DNA from: Chrysomallon squamiferum | Lineage: Eukaryota > Animalia > Mollusca | DNA: 64,000 nt | Direction: 5' to 3' | NCBI GenBank assembly: GCA_012295275.1 | Contig: CM022672.1 | Span: 20,832,001-20,896,000 of the forward strand | Shown: positions 1-14,107 of the stretch, piece by piece | Numbering within the stretch: the stretch's first letter is position 1 | Layout: every line of letters starts with the position of its first letter | Position numbers and translations under genes: made by a program | The notes under the pieces: generated by a model | Told to the model about the DNA's origin: nothing | Databases searched by the model: none | The model's input: the letters and a program-made list of their open reading frames with translations, nothing else

Positions 1-859
1 GTAGTATGTCTGTGGTATGTACCATACTGAAGCAGAAGGAGTCGATAAAGGCTGTAACTCCAGCCAAAGGCATTAGAATACTTTATCTGATCTCCAAGAT
101 AAATACACTTTACAAAACCGATTTATTTCTTTACATTCTCTTTTATTTTGTTTTTATGCAAAATTTGTCATTTATAAATACATTTTTCTTATTTAAAAAC
201 ACATTACAAAACAAAATGGGGTGGATTTTAGGGGGCTGGGACAGATTAATGTTATTTCAATTAATTTCAGTTGGGAAAATTGATTTGATGTATGAGCAAA
301 TTGAGATACAAGCTCGGTCACAGAACAAATTAAACTTGTAAGTCAATGTACCACTGTATTACCACAAAAAGTATTACTATCAGGTGATGTCATGCTCTAC
401 AACATAAAAATATTATATCATAATTATATTATTTATATTACTAAATCTTAGCATAATATTATATATATTATCAAATCTTTATATTATCTGAATCTAAGTA
501 TATTGCAATGTTTTAGTGTGTACAGTCTAAGTATATTAATGTTATGTTTTAGTGGGTATAGTCTAAATATGTTAATGTGATGTTTTAGTGTGCAGTCTAT
601 ATAATTATACTAATGTGACATTTTAGTGTGTGTTATCTATATATATTAATTGGATGTTTTAGACTGTTTAGTCTGATCACTGTAAAATTAATAGAGTAAA
701 CATGTAAATGTGTAATCAAATGTAAATTCACAACTTATCATCTGTGAAACAGGTTATAACACTAAGTATTTCTTCCACAGTTACTTAAAACAACAAGCTA
801 TAAACATCTTACTCAAATTAATTATCAGTAAAACAATCTGTATGAAGTAATATGTAAAA

Positions 860-1142
860 ATATGTATTGTAATGTGCTCACCATTAATACTGTGCAGATG
901 TATTGTACTGTTAACACTGTGTACATGTTTACTATTAATACTGAGTAGATGTATGTACTGCAATGTACTCACTGTTAACACTGTAGATGTACTGTGCTCA
1001 CTGTTAACACTGTTTTGATGTGTTGTGCTCACTATTAGCACTGTAGGTGTATTATATAGACTATTAACACTGTGTAGATGTACACACAATTAACACTGCA
1101 TTGATGCACTCACAGTTAACACTGTGTAGATATGCCACTCAC
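860..1142. repeat. About 29-bp intronic minisatellite
   Basis: Repeated TGTRCTCACTGTTAACACTGTGTAGA-like units. Confidence 0.85.
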
Positions 1143-4100
1143 CTGTCTGGTATCTGCTGTACAAGTGACAGGTCTGTATTCCCAGTGATGAAGAACACCG
1201 AGGCTGGTCAGACTGACAGGCACAGTCTGTGGTCAGTGGCACTGAGACTGGTGTGCTTTTACCTGGACACTGCCCATTGTAGATGCTGTCCTCTTTGCTC
1301 ACTCTGAAAGTGTGACTAAATTTTCATTTCATGCTACAGTGCTAATAACAAGATAAGAATTGCACATAAAAGTAATTTCAAAAATCTGATAGTAAATGTT
1401 GACTATTTATATATAAAAAATAATAATAATAAAAAAAAATACCTCCATTTTAAACTTGTAGCTTCATCTATCTCATCATTGTCTGCATCTGCATCATAAC
1501 TGCCACACAGTCCTAGAATATTAAAATAATTCCCTGCCTTTAATATATGCTGTGAAGATCTCACTGAAGCAACGTTCAATTTGTTTTCGTATTTCTTAAT
1601 ATAATCTGATGTAACATAAACATAATGGACTGATTTGATGTTCTTTTTAAAATTAAACTTTTCACACTGAGAAGACTTGTAAATACAATTCAGTATGTTC
1701 AGAGTTGTTCATGTTTAATGGCTGCAAAATTTTCGAATACCTTAAGATTAAATATTATTATTATTCTTTTTTTTTTTTATCTACACATTTCTCTGTCATA
1801 TCTTTTAAAAATATTTATTATAATCATGTTTAAAATATTTATTTATTGATTTATTTAACTTCATTAATACAGAAATACATAAGATGTGATTAATACCTTC
1901 TGTGTTGTTGAAATCAAGTGGTGATGGGTAAAACCATAAGTTTATAAAATTCATGAAGCTCTCTCGAACAACAAGGAATGCACCCGTGGGGAAAACCACC
2001 TAGAAAATACAGACGTACAATTAGAATTTAATAATAATAAACTGATAACATGAACTGATGTACTATAAACACTAGATATAGGCAATGATGAACTATAAAC
2101 TCTATATACAGCTATTTATGTACTATACACTATATACAGCTATTTATATACTATAAACACTACGTACAGCTATCGATGTACTATAAAAACTATACACAGG
2201 TATTGATGTACTATAAATACTACATAGAAAAAGTGAAGTACTAAAAACACTATATAAGCTATTGATGTACTAAAAACACTATATACAGTTATTTATGCAC
2301 TATAAATTTTATATACAGCTATCGATGTACTATAAACAGTATATACAGCTACTCATGTACTATAAATACTATAAACACTGTATCACTTTGTCAAAAAATT
2401 CTCACAACAGATTCTTCACCGTCCTCACGGTCGATCGCGATATGGTGTAAGCCTGGAATATAAGCTGTGAAGAATACTCACGGACGGATTGTGCTTTGTG
2501 CTTACTGAGCGGAATTCAGAAACGAAAAAGATACTGTACCTTTTTCTTTATTTATTTAGATTTAAATTCTTATTTATATTATTTGTAGGCTTTTGTATTA
2601 TTGTTACTCTTATTACTTTTCTTTTTTCTTTTCTACTGTTTGTTCTTCTTTAGCTTTTTACTTTCCGGTATCTCAAATAACCGATATATCTTTTATCTTT
2701 ATCTCGATCTGAAAGTGAGTAGCGTTCAGCTTTAGTCTTTTTTTGAATTAATATAGAATTGTCTATATATTTAAAAAAAAAAAAATAATAATAAGCAATT
2801 CAAATATATTTTTGAAACCGATATATTTTTTTATAAAAACACACAAAACAACAACAACCCATACACTTACACAACAAACATGGCAACAAAAAACATCAAC
2901 ATTTACAGCTCGGAAACAGATATCTCGGAGATGGAAACTAGAGTTCCAAAACGGGACAGGAGCCCTAGCTCCGTCGAGAAAACTCAAAACAGGAAACAAA
3001 AGAAAAAAATCGATAACACAGTCCAACACACACATTCCGAAACAGAAATAACTGAAGAACAAACAATTATTAACAGAAATCTGCACATTTTGGCAAGGCT
3101 AAGGGAAACGGACAGCGAAGACGAAAGCGAATCAAACGCTTGGAAAATTATAAAAAGAAAAAAAACAAAACATACCCACAGCCGAACCACCATTGCAGTT
3201 CACAAAAAAAATTACACAAACATCAACAAACAGTTGCGCTACTTAATAGAAGCGCAAATACACATTATTGACAAAACAACAAAAGTCAACAATAATAATA
3301 ACGGAAAAGAAATCTACTTCGAAGTAGACACAAAAACACTTAAAACAATCGGTCCCAACATTACAATCTGGGACGAAACATTTGTCGTCAGAGTTTTACC
3401 AAAAATAATCCCTGACACAAAACAAACACAGAAAACACCCACACCACAACCCAGAAAAACACTACTTGCAAAACCGCAGCGAAAACAAACTACTACTACC
3501 AAACAACAACAACAACAACCTAAACAAACAACAAAACCAAAGGAGACAACAATATACAAATATATTTCTAAAGATTTGGGTTTTTATTACCCGCATACAA
3601 ACAAACTAGATTTCTTTGAAATGTTCAACAAAGAACTAGTACAACAAACAAATTCAACACTAGTCGGTGTGGAAATGTGGAGAAAGCCAAATTACTGGAC
3701 CACACTGACATTTAACAGAAAACTAATAAACACAACCATCACCATTGATGGGTACAAATACACACTGGCAGAAATGAGGCCGCAGTTGCCCAAGTGCGGC
3801 CACTGTCAGAAATGGGGGCACCTCACAAACCAGTGCTCCCACAGACACAACCCGAAACACTTAACGTGGAAATCACCACAGAAACTCAGGCCTATGCCGG
3901 TCTCTGGCAAAATGCGCAAATTGCCAGGGCCCACACGAATCACACTACAAGATGTGCCCAGCAAAAATGAAAGCAACGAACAATTTTGAGCACAATAGGA
4001 GAGATAATAAAATTTTAGAAAACGTCAACAAAAAATGCCAAAAGATCGAAGAAAAAACCAAAACCATTATAGAAACAAAAATTGATCAACACAACAACAA

Positions 4101-7100
4101 ACTAAAAGACAATCTCGACAAGGAGGTCAGGATCGCAGAAATCCACAAAATTATTGTCTGCCTCCTGACTGAGCTTCAGAACATCAGGACCAATAAAGGA
4201 AACACAAATGATGACGCCAATTTGGAGCAGACAGTAGCCCAGATAATTGAAGACAGCTTGGGCTTCAAGATCGACACACATGACAAAAGAGTAAAATTAC
4301 ACACAGACAGGAGAAATCCTACAAACACAAAACAGTGAACAAAAACAAAACAAAACAAACAGTAACAGCCATTTACAAACTCTTCACGACAAGCACACCA
4401 AGAACACAGGCCTCTCCGTTCTTCAATGAACGCTAAAGGCTTCACTCAACAGGCCACGGAGACGAATTACTACACTTCCTGGCCTCCACTACAAACACAC
4501 CGGACATAATATGCATTCAAGAAACATGGCTGGGACATTTCAACAAAAACAACAAAACAACAAAAACCTTTACGGTCCCCGGGTACCAAAGTCATTACGT
4601 CAACAGATACAACAGCACCCGGGGAGGCATCATGACTCTCGTCAAACAAGACATTCCACACACCAAGCTGAACCAAGCCAAAGTTCACGCCAACATAGAA
4701 ATACTAAGCATCACAATACACAACAACAATCAAAACATCGACATCATTAACGTATACAGCCCACCCACTCCCGCACTACACACCATTCAAACCCAGGATT
4801 TAAACAAAATGATCACAACAAAGAACAAGGTCATTATAGTGGGCGATTTCAACTGTCACAACACCCTATGGGGTGGCTCGACAGACGACAGCCCTGGGAT
4901 CGTCTTCGAAGATTTCCTAGAACAAAACCAGCTGGTCTGTTTGAACGACGGAACATTCACATACACTAGCGACATCAATGGTGGCCAAACCGCCATTGAT
5001 GTAACATTCACAAGCAAGGACATCGCAGCACTCTCCGAATGGCAAGTGCTCGATGAGCTAAACAGCGACCACCTCCCGATACTCACCAACTACATCAGCA
5101 AGAACACCTTCTCGGACAGATCCATCTTCACACCGAAATGGAACTTCAACAAAGCAGACTGGGAAGGCTTCTACAAAGCATGCAGAAACATCAACACGCA
5201 GAACCCCAACGACATCGACGCCTACTGCGCATCACTCACCAACACGATACACTCCATTGCAATCAGATACATACCCAAAACCAGAAAATGCACCGGCAAA
5301 ATATCCACTCCCTGGTGGACGGAACGCATAGAAAACAAATGCAAGGAGAGAAACAAATACAGAAGACAATATAAAAAAGACAGAAATCATTCTACGCACG
5401 AAAAATATAAAATATCAAAAAAAGAAGTTTCCAACCTAATACTCACAGCGAAACAAGAACACTGGGAACTTTTTTGCAACAACATCGACCACAAAACATC
5501 AGTCAAAGACATGTGGGCCAAAGTAAAAAACATTCAAGGAAAAAAAACCCACAGAATCAACACTCTCGGCAAAAACAACATCGCATTCACTGACAAGCAA
5601 AAAGCGGACCTACTCAGCCAAACCTTCGCCAAGTCCAGCAGCAATTCGAACTTCCCACTGAATTTCGCAAAGAAACAACTGGACAACCAAGCAATCGGCA
5701 AATACTCCGCAGACACAGAAAACAGGAAATATAATCAATTATTCAACATCAGTGAATTAAAACATGCACTCAAAAACAAGAAAAGTACAGCCACGGGGCC
5801 AGATAAAATAAGCTACACAATATTACAACATCTACCAGACGAAACACTACTGGTTATACTCGAACTTTACAACGCAATATGGACCACCGGCAAGATTCCA
5901 ACAAACTGGAAACACGCCGAATGTTTCAGCTTGCCCAAACCACACAAAGATCACTCATTACCCAACAGTTACAGGCCGATCACGCTGACGTCACACATGT
6001 GTAAAACATTGGAAACATTGATCAACACACGCCTGAACCAGCATTTAAACGACAACAATTTAATCAGCAAATTTCAAAGCGGCTTCAGGAAGAAACACAG
6101 CACTAACGACCAGATCACACGCCTGCAAACATCAATTAATCAATCTTTTCGAAAATCAAAAAAAGTCATAGCAGTTTTTTTAGACATTGAAAAAGCATTC
6201 GACATGGTATGGAGGGAAGGACTGTTAGTTAAATTAATCAACAACAACATCAAAGGCAACATGTTCAACTTTATCAAAGACTTTATCAACAACAGAACCA
6301 TAGCAGTCAAAGTAAACGGTCACACCTCAGAGAAAACGACAATCGAAAGGAGCCGATAAATACAGCACTCTTTGCAGACGACTGCGCCTTTTGGCGGGCA
6401 GGAAGATCGACCGCAGCAATAAGAGAAACAAATACAAAAAGACTTAAACAACATAAACGATTGGGCGTTGAAATGGGGCATAAAGATTTCTCTTTCGAAA
6501 ACGACGTGCCTCCTTTTCAACAAGAAATCAGACAACAGCAAGATCACTCTCAACATCGACAACAACTTCATAACACAAACAAAGACATTCAAATTTCTAG
6601 GTGTGACATTCGACAGTCAACTCAACTTCCGATGCCACATACACAACATAATTGCATCCTGCAAAAAAACAATCAATCTTCTAAAGTTAATTTCCAGAAC
6701 CAGTTGGGGAGCAAACGAGTCAACGCTGATTTTGATACACAAAGCGTGTATTCTCTCCAAGCTCGACTACGGAGCCACGGCTTACTCGAATGCTCCCAAA
6801 CTTTATTTTAAAAAACTAGATATAATTCAATCAAGTGCCCTCAGGGTGATCGGCCACATGCCAAACACAACACCATCCGACAGCCTCCTGTCGGAATACA
6901 GCATCCAACCATTAAAATACAGAAGAAAACTGCAGCTACTAAAATACAACCTGAAAATACACACACTCAACACAGACCACCCGGTCAAGGATCTGGTCCC
7001 CGACGAACAAAGGATAGGACATCTTCAAATCGCATAGTCTACTACTATCGAATTTCCCGACAACAGCTAGCGAAATCGAAAGGGAAACAGGAATAGGTGA

Positions 7101-10100
7101 AATGCCACTGCCGGCATACCACAAAGAAAGAAAACCGACAATAAACACACCTTTCCTGATCAAAAGAGAAACTGACAAAACAGAGATCCAACCATTCAAA
7201 AAAATCATTTTTTTGGCAGCAGCAAACGACCACTACAAACAACACACGTACATTTACACTGACGGATCCAAAAACCCAGACAACGGGAGTGTAGGATTCG
7301 CCTTCATAGCCCAAGATCACACAAACAAACCCACATGCATACAATTCGGCCGTATGAGAAATCACCTTTCGGTATACACGGCCGAGTTGGTAGCCATCAT
7401 CAGAGCCATGCTGTGGGTAAAACACAACAACAACAAACGCACAGTAATTTTCTTGGACAGTCTAAGTTCCGTGATCTCAATACAATCCGGAAGTTCAAGC
7501 AGACCAGACCTGCTCAGCAAAATACAACAACTACACGAAGAAATACAACACGACAAGAAAGAACTAACCATCGAGTGGCTCCCAGCACACGTCGGCATCA
7601 TCGGCAACGAACTTGCCGACCATTACGCCAAAGAGTCACTCAGCATTAAAGACGAAGACATCTGCACAGACATACATTACGGAATAAACGAAATTGTCTC
7701 CATCGCTGCCAAACATTACGACAAACAATGGCAGAACGAATGGAACAACACCAAAAACAAATGGCACTTAAACATCAAACCACTCGCCAAAACACCCAAA
7801 ATCACACTCGCCAACAAACTACACAACAACAATCTCACCAAAGCCAGAATTGGTTACTCAACCAACCTAAACGCAATTCTATACAAACATAACATCATCA
7901 CATCACCCAACTGCAGTTGTGGACTCTCAGAAACCATGAAACACTACTTGTTTCACTGTCCAAATTTTGCCAAGGAAAGACAAGCACTACGCAATACATT
8001 GGAGGAACTAAAAATCGAGTTCACGCTCCAACACATCCTGGCACCAAACGTGAAAGACAGAGAGTTAGTCCTCGCTGCAGTAACAAATTACATTCTCAAA
8101 ACAAAACACAAACTATAAACCTTTTTTTTTTTTTTTTTTTTTTTGACACGAAAACAAACAACAATTATATAAATCTATTGACTTGCGGATTGATTGGTTG
8201 AACAGCTGATGGATCTACGGATGGATCGGCTGATTGACGAATCAATTTGAATGGCCAATTAAATTAATAATTAAAAAATGATAAACGTACTATACGAACC
8301 CACTTTCAGACACTACTAATCCGGTTATGGTGTCTTATTTCAATTTTTTTTTTTTTTTTTATTTTTTTTTTTTTAATTTTTATTTTTATTTTTATTTTTA
8401 TTTTTATTTTTTTTTTCTCTCTCATATTCTTAGTCCTAGCTTCAGGATTTATAATATCTTTTAAATTAAAATAATATGTAAATAAATTAACTACATTTAT
8501 GTTCTTATTTGTTCTAGTTGCAGGTTTTTTTATAATATGTTTTAAAACAATAAAAAGACCACTGGCAAAAAAAAAAAAAAAAAAAAAAAAAAAACAGGTT
8601 TGGACTACGTGGACCAGAAAGAAGCAGCCAAAAAGAAACAACAACAGCAGCCAAAAAGAAACAACGACAGCAGCCAAGAGCAGAACAACCAGGACGGCAA
8701 ACAACACAGACCCGGTGATGGCTGAGAGATTGTGCCGGATATCACGGGGGGCGGACTGCGGCTGCAATACATCCGTACCGACTCGTTACGATCCGATATG
8801 CTGGACACTCCCTTGTGTCCTGCAATCGTGGCGAGAATCCATTCTCTTTCCCTACCCAAAACTCTTTTCAGCGACGGACGCGCCCGCTGACCTGTCAGAA
8901 AGCGTGCCCGTCGCAGACGTGCTTCACAACAGCTTGCTCTGATTAGCACGTTAATTTTTTTGCCTATTCCTATTCCTATCACTTTGTTTTCTCTTTTTTA
9001 ATTTAATTTTTTTTTTTTTTCAATTGAAATTGGACGAAAACTGTTTTCATATGTTTACAACAGATATATGGTACATCTTGTCACCACAAAAATCTAACTC
9101 AATATATTACGATATAATCAGGGATTCCGAAACTGCAGTTTTCCTCCCGTAATATGGCAAAGCATTTGGATTTGTTTTCAACGACCAGAATCACTTTAAA
9201 AGACAATAAACAAATATCGCAGAAGCGAGATTTACCACTCGCCCGATTCACATGTGGTTTTTGAATTTCATTCGCACGGCAGCTTTAATACTACACATTA
9301 TATGACAGGGCCAGTAATTCCTGAAAGCGATTGTGATCACGGGTGTAATGATTAATAGCCGAGTAGACCAAAATATCAACGACACTTTTAAAAATAATGA
9401 TATTACGATACAAGACTAAATATACACTGAGTAAAAGTTATATGAATGGCAACACAGACTATGAACAGCATAGGCACAACCAAAATCATAACTTTAAGAA
9501 TACCTTGTACTCCTTGCCTCCTTTGTATCTGAAGACATTCGTGCCATCTTCTAGGTCTCCGTTGAGGAACATATCAGCAGAAATTCCCTCCCTGGTTTAC
9601 AGCCTTTGAATGTAATGACGTCATCGCCAGACTTGACAGCTGCAGCACAATTACACGACGGCGACGCATTGTTATTTGCAAAACACTTTTTGTAGAATGT
9701 CCTAACCTGCAAGAAATAAAAATATGTTCAATGTAATTTAGTTTCATCGTTTATACCATGGATATAATATCACCAAACTTATGTACATCCAAGCCTTGAT
9801 AGAACATATATTTATTTTATTCAGTACCTATAATGGTTTAGTGCCTATTATGTTAGGTAACAGATAAAAAATATAAAATATATATATATATAAAAAAAAA
9901 AATTTTTACATAAGTAAAATACATAGAAAGCAGTGAATAATTACCTCGAATGGGAGCTTCTGGTTTCGATAGAAGATGAACTCACCTTCTCTGTGGTTAT
10001 CATAGTATCTAAAAGAAATCACTGAATTCTGAAGATAAAACCTATTATACATTATAACTATATACTGTGTGTATACAGTTTTACATGTATATATGTACTG

Positions 10101-12120
10101 GTATATATATTGTGCAAGATGTACTGCAAAAATAAATAGCTCTACCTATTGTACAAAAGATCGAACTATCTATTTCAACTGTATTCCAGAGGTACAGTGT
10201 GAACACTATACTGAGCTTATTACATACTATATTTCAAATTAGAATCATTCATGGTAGCTTAGAATCTTTTCCAATCTGTTTCATTTAAGCTTAATGTTTT
10301 CAAATGTGGAACATTTAGACTTACTTGTCGAATGTTTTCAACAAGGAACATTTAGACTTACTTGTCAAATGATTTCAAACGTTGATCATTTAGTCTTATT
10401 TGTTGAATAATTTTATCAATCGTGGAACATTTAGACTTACATTCTATTGAATGTTTTTAAAACGTGAAACATTTAGACTTACTTGTTGTCGAATGTTTTC
10501 AAATGTGGATCATTCAGAGACTCACAGACAGCTTTTCTATCGTTGTCTTTTATTGAAACCTGAAAGTAGAAAAGAAAAATATTTAAATGACTGTGTTATC
10601 AGTTGTACAGTAATACTCAATATTTTATTTTACACTTCTGTCAGGTATTTTAATTTTTTTTTTTTTTTTTTTTTTTTACTATTGTTTACTTGCTACAGAT
10701 TTTCTGGACTCAAATTTGGTGCAGTCATGTTTACCTCTGACTTTGTCTGTGATTCGCTGTAGGTGTAATCTTCTATCTTTGTAATGAGAGTGACCAGTGA
10801 TGAGCGGGAACCATCAATCAACATGTCCTGGTTCGCTCTCACTCTCACACTCTGTGTTGCCTGCCACGTTGTCATTGTGATGGGAGTTTCGCATCCAGTG
10901 CCTTTCGCTGTAGGAAACACAATCTGAGGAAGCAGCCAGTCTGCTGGAGAACTGCATTTTACTGGATCTTTGTCAGTGACCATGGCAACGACAAACACTT
11001 TGCAGTCGGGCTTTTTGTTGGCAATAAGACAGAGTAAATTGGGTGGTGCATTGAAAGTAAATTTGATCCGTCCGTCTGTCTCTCCTTCTGTCAGATTGAG
11101 ATGCACATCAGAGAGAAGCTGTGACAAAAAGAATAACTTGTATTAAATAAATAAAGTTCACAACAGTATTGTTAATGTATATGAATAAAGTATCTACTAT
11201 TAATAATCACATGTTATTATTTATATGTTTATACAAAAAGATTAGTTAAAATGTCTATACAAAGTATACAACTATTATTATGTATACGTAAAGTACGTTA
11301 TATTAAAATGTATACATAAAGTATATTATAATAAAATGCATACATAAAATACACTATTATTAAAATATAGACATATGTACACGACACAGAAGAAGTCTAC
11401 TAGAGAGAGGACGAGTGACGACGTCATCTCACCTGTATCTGTGGTCTGTAGACGTCACTGACTTTCACGTCGCTGAGCTGGTCTCCACAGAGTGGCGTAT
11501 AGCATGCCTGCACTTTACACACGTGCTGAAAATATTTATTTGTAGTCTTTATTTATTTATTTATTTATTCATTAATTCCTTTATTTATTCATTTATAATA
11601 ATTAGTAGTAGTAGTAGTAGACGTCGTTCTAGTAGTATCAATAGTATTTTATCTGCCATATTATTATTTTTATTTTATTTTTTTTTATTTTTATTTTTTT
11701 ATTTTTTTATTCATTTATTTATGAATTTGTTTATTCATTTCACTAACAGTAATCATCACCATTATTACCAATCGTTATTATCATTATCAGTATAGTAGTA
11801 GTGGTTGTTGTAGTGAGAGGCAAAGAAATTGTTATTGATTGTGGTAGTATCAATATATATTTCTTACTGTTTGTTTCTGTGTAAAATTGGAAGCCAGCAC
11901 ATCCTGTTTATTTTGCATTTCACCGTTTTTCAATAACACCGAAGTAGTTTTGGTATCATCCTGATACCATGTAACTTTGTACTGTACACTGAAGGTGACT
12001 TTATCATTTATGACACAAACCAGGTACATCTTATCCAGTGACGTATATTCCAAATGGAGGCTAGGTTTTGTCAAAGTAGTGGCAGGAATCGTAACTGCAG
12101 AGAAAGAATCAATTATTCAT

Positions 12121-12212
<92 letters not shown>

Positions 12213-12767
12213 ATTCTCAAACATTTGTGGAAATTAATGAGAATGTTTATAAAAATATAATATTACGAAACAGCGACACCTGACATTCCCAATGAAGTAT
12301 ACTACATTATCGTGTGACCCAACTACAAATCAGTGGAAAGTGTAGATTTCTTTTATTGGTAATCTACTGCTCAGATCATCGCACTAACTGATGGAACTTA
12401 TCATAGCACAGCAACTTCTCTTGAAGAAACTACTACTGCAGAAGAAACTCAAGGACAAAGAAATCGTAAAATTGTTATGCGACTATGAAAGTAATTATAA
12501 TTTAATTTTAACATATGTCAGAATAACAGTTATAATAATTTACCGTTAACGTAGCATCCAGTCAACTCAAGTCTAAAACACGGCTCATTATGGAAGTCTA
12601 CAACGACGATTCGAACACGTCGTACTGCAGCTGATGTTACATCCATTGACCATGTAGAGGATGCAGTGAAATTCGCCTCAAACACCTTCAAAAACATGAA
12701 ATAAAACTTTAAAAATAAATATTTACTTCGTTAACAAAAACAACAGTTAGTGGTAGGTCTAGTGGTA

Positions 12768-12810
<43 letters not shown>

Positions 12811-14038
12811 GATCATATATGAATCATACTGGTTTGACAATCAACTACGAAGTATACATGTTTAACAATCAAATATGAGTTGTACAGTATTAATAGTCAA
12901 GTAACAAGTCTACTGGTTTAACAATGAAATATGAAGTGTACTGTATTGACAGTCAAGTAAGAAGTGCACTGTTTTAACAATCAAATAAAAAGTCTACTGT
13001 ATTAACAGTCAAGCAAGAAGTCTACTGGTTTAACAATCAAATAAGAAGTGTACTGTATTGACAGTCAAGTAAGAAGTGCATTGTTTTAACAATCAAATAA
13101 GAAGTGTACTGTATTAACAGTCAAGATAGAAGTGCACTGGTTTAACTATCAAATAAGAAGTGTACTGTATTAACAGTCAAGTAAGAAGTGCACTGTTTTA
13201 ACAATCAAATAAAAAGTCTACTGTATTAACAGTCAAGCAAGAAGTCTACTGGTTTAACAATCAAATAAGAAGTGTACTGTATTGACAGTCTAAGAAGTGC
13301 ATTGTTTTAACAATCAAATAAGAAGTGTACTGTATTAACAGTCAAGATAGAAGTGCACTGGTTTAACTATCAAATAAGAAGTGTACTGTATTAACAGTCA
13401 AGTAAGAAGTGCACTGGTTTAACAATCAAATAAAAGATGTACTGTATTAACAGTCAAGTAAGAGGTGTTCTGGATTAGCAGTGAAGTGAGAAGTAAATTG
13501 GTTTAATGATCAAATAACATCATACTGGGAAGTATACTGCATCATTTTACACATATACGTACCTGACTGTGAGATTCTGGATCTTCGTACGTTGTGAGGT
13601 CACCAGGGGATGACGTCGACAGCTCCATCTGAATCTTGAATCGTGTTATGTAATTGACAATGCTTGTGTTCTTTGTTGCTGGTATCTGCAGTGTGATTTG
13701 CGTAACATTGGCCGGATGATACAAATTCACCTCGAACCACTCGCCAGCACTTGTGTTCTTGGGGCACCAGGCACCATAATCAACATCTTAAAAGGGGACC
13801 AAATGAAAGTAGATTATTACTAAAATAATTATACAGCTTCGATCGCATTTCGTCCATTTCATCCTTTTCGGTTCGATTAGGCCAGTTTCATCACAATTCT
13901 GTATTTTCAGCCGGACCGATTTTAGCCAAAAAAAACAAACTTTCAATATTAAGAGATGTTCTGTAACTTTTGTAAATAAATAAACAAACAAATAAATATA
14001 TAAATAAATAAATAATAGATATTTTATTATTATTATTT

Positions 14039-14107
<69 letters not shown>

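Larger units (their letters stand above)
2392..8976 (+). mobile_element. Full-length non-LTR retrotransposon of the I group (I/Nimb-like: gag-like ORF1 + APE-RT-RNase H ORF2), disrupted, antisense in an intron
   Basis: 11-bp TSD TATCACTTTGT at 2381-2391 and 8977-8987; 3' tail CCTATTCCTATTCC; A/C-rich coding strand; ORF1 and ORF2 motifs listed separately. Confidence 0.95.

Noticed and set aside
1-400. Further VWDE exons near the left edge (EHDIT at ~395; IKYSNAFGWSYSL at ~1-86)
   Set aside because: The first hits stops at once and the second lacks a verifiable splice context, so neither can be supported.
8963-8976. CCTATT tail as a telomeric repeat or telomere-targeting signal
   Set aside because: It differs from CCCTAA/CCTAA, has only two to three units, and the TSDs show unrelated target sites.
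8306-8982. ORFs of 125-153 aa in the LINE 3' UTR
   Set aside because: They run through poly-A/T tracts, have no recognisable domain, and are not conserved as ORFs in the 32.4-kb copy.
9575-9600. Programmed ribosomal frameshifting to explain the gene frameshifts (also 48690)
   Set aside because: No slippery heptamer or stimulatory structure seen; mutation or assembly error is simpler.
12279-12440. Possible extra exon in the F5/8C-VWD gene
   Set aside because: Stops in the required phase, and the flanking exons already join in phase.
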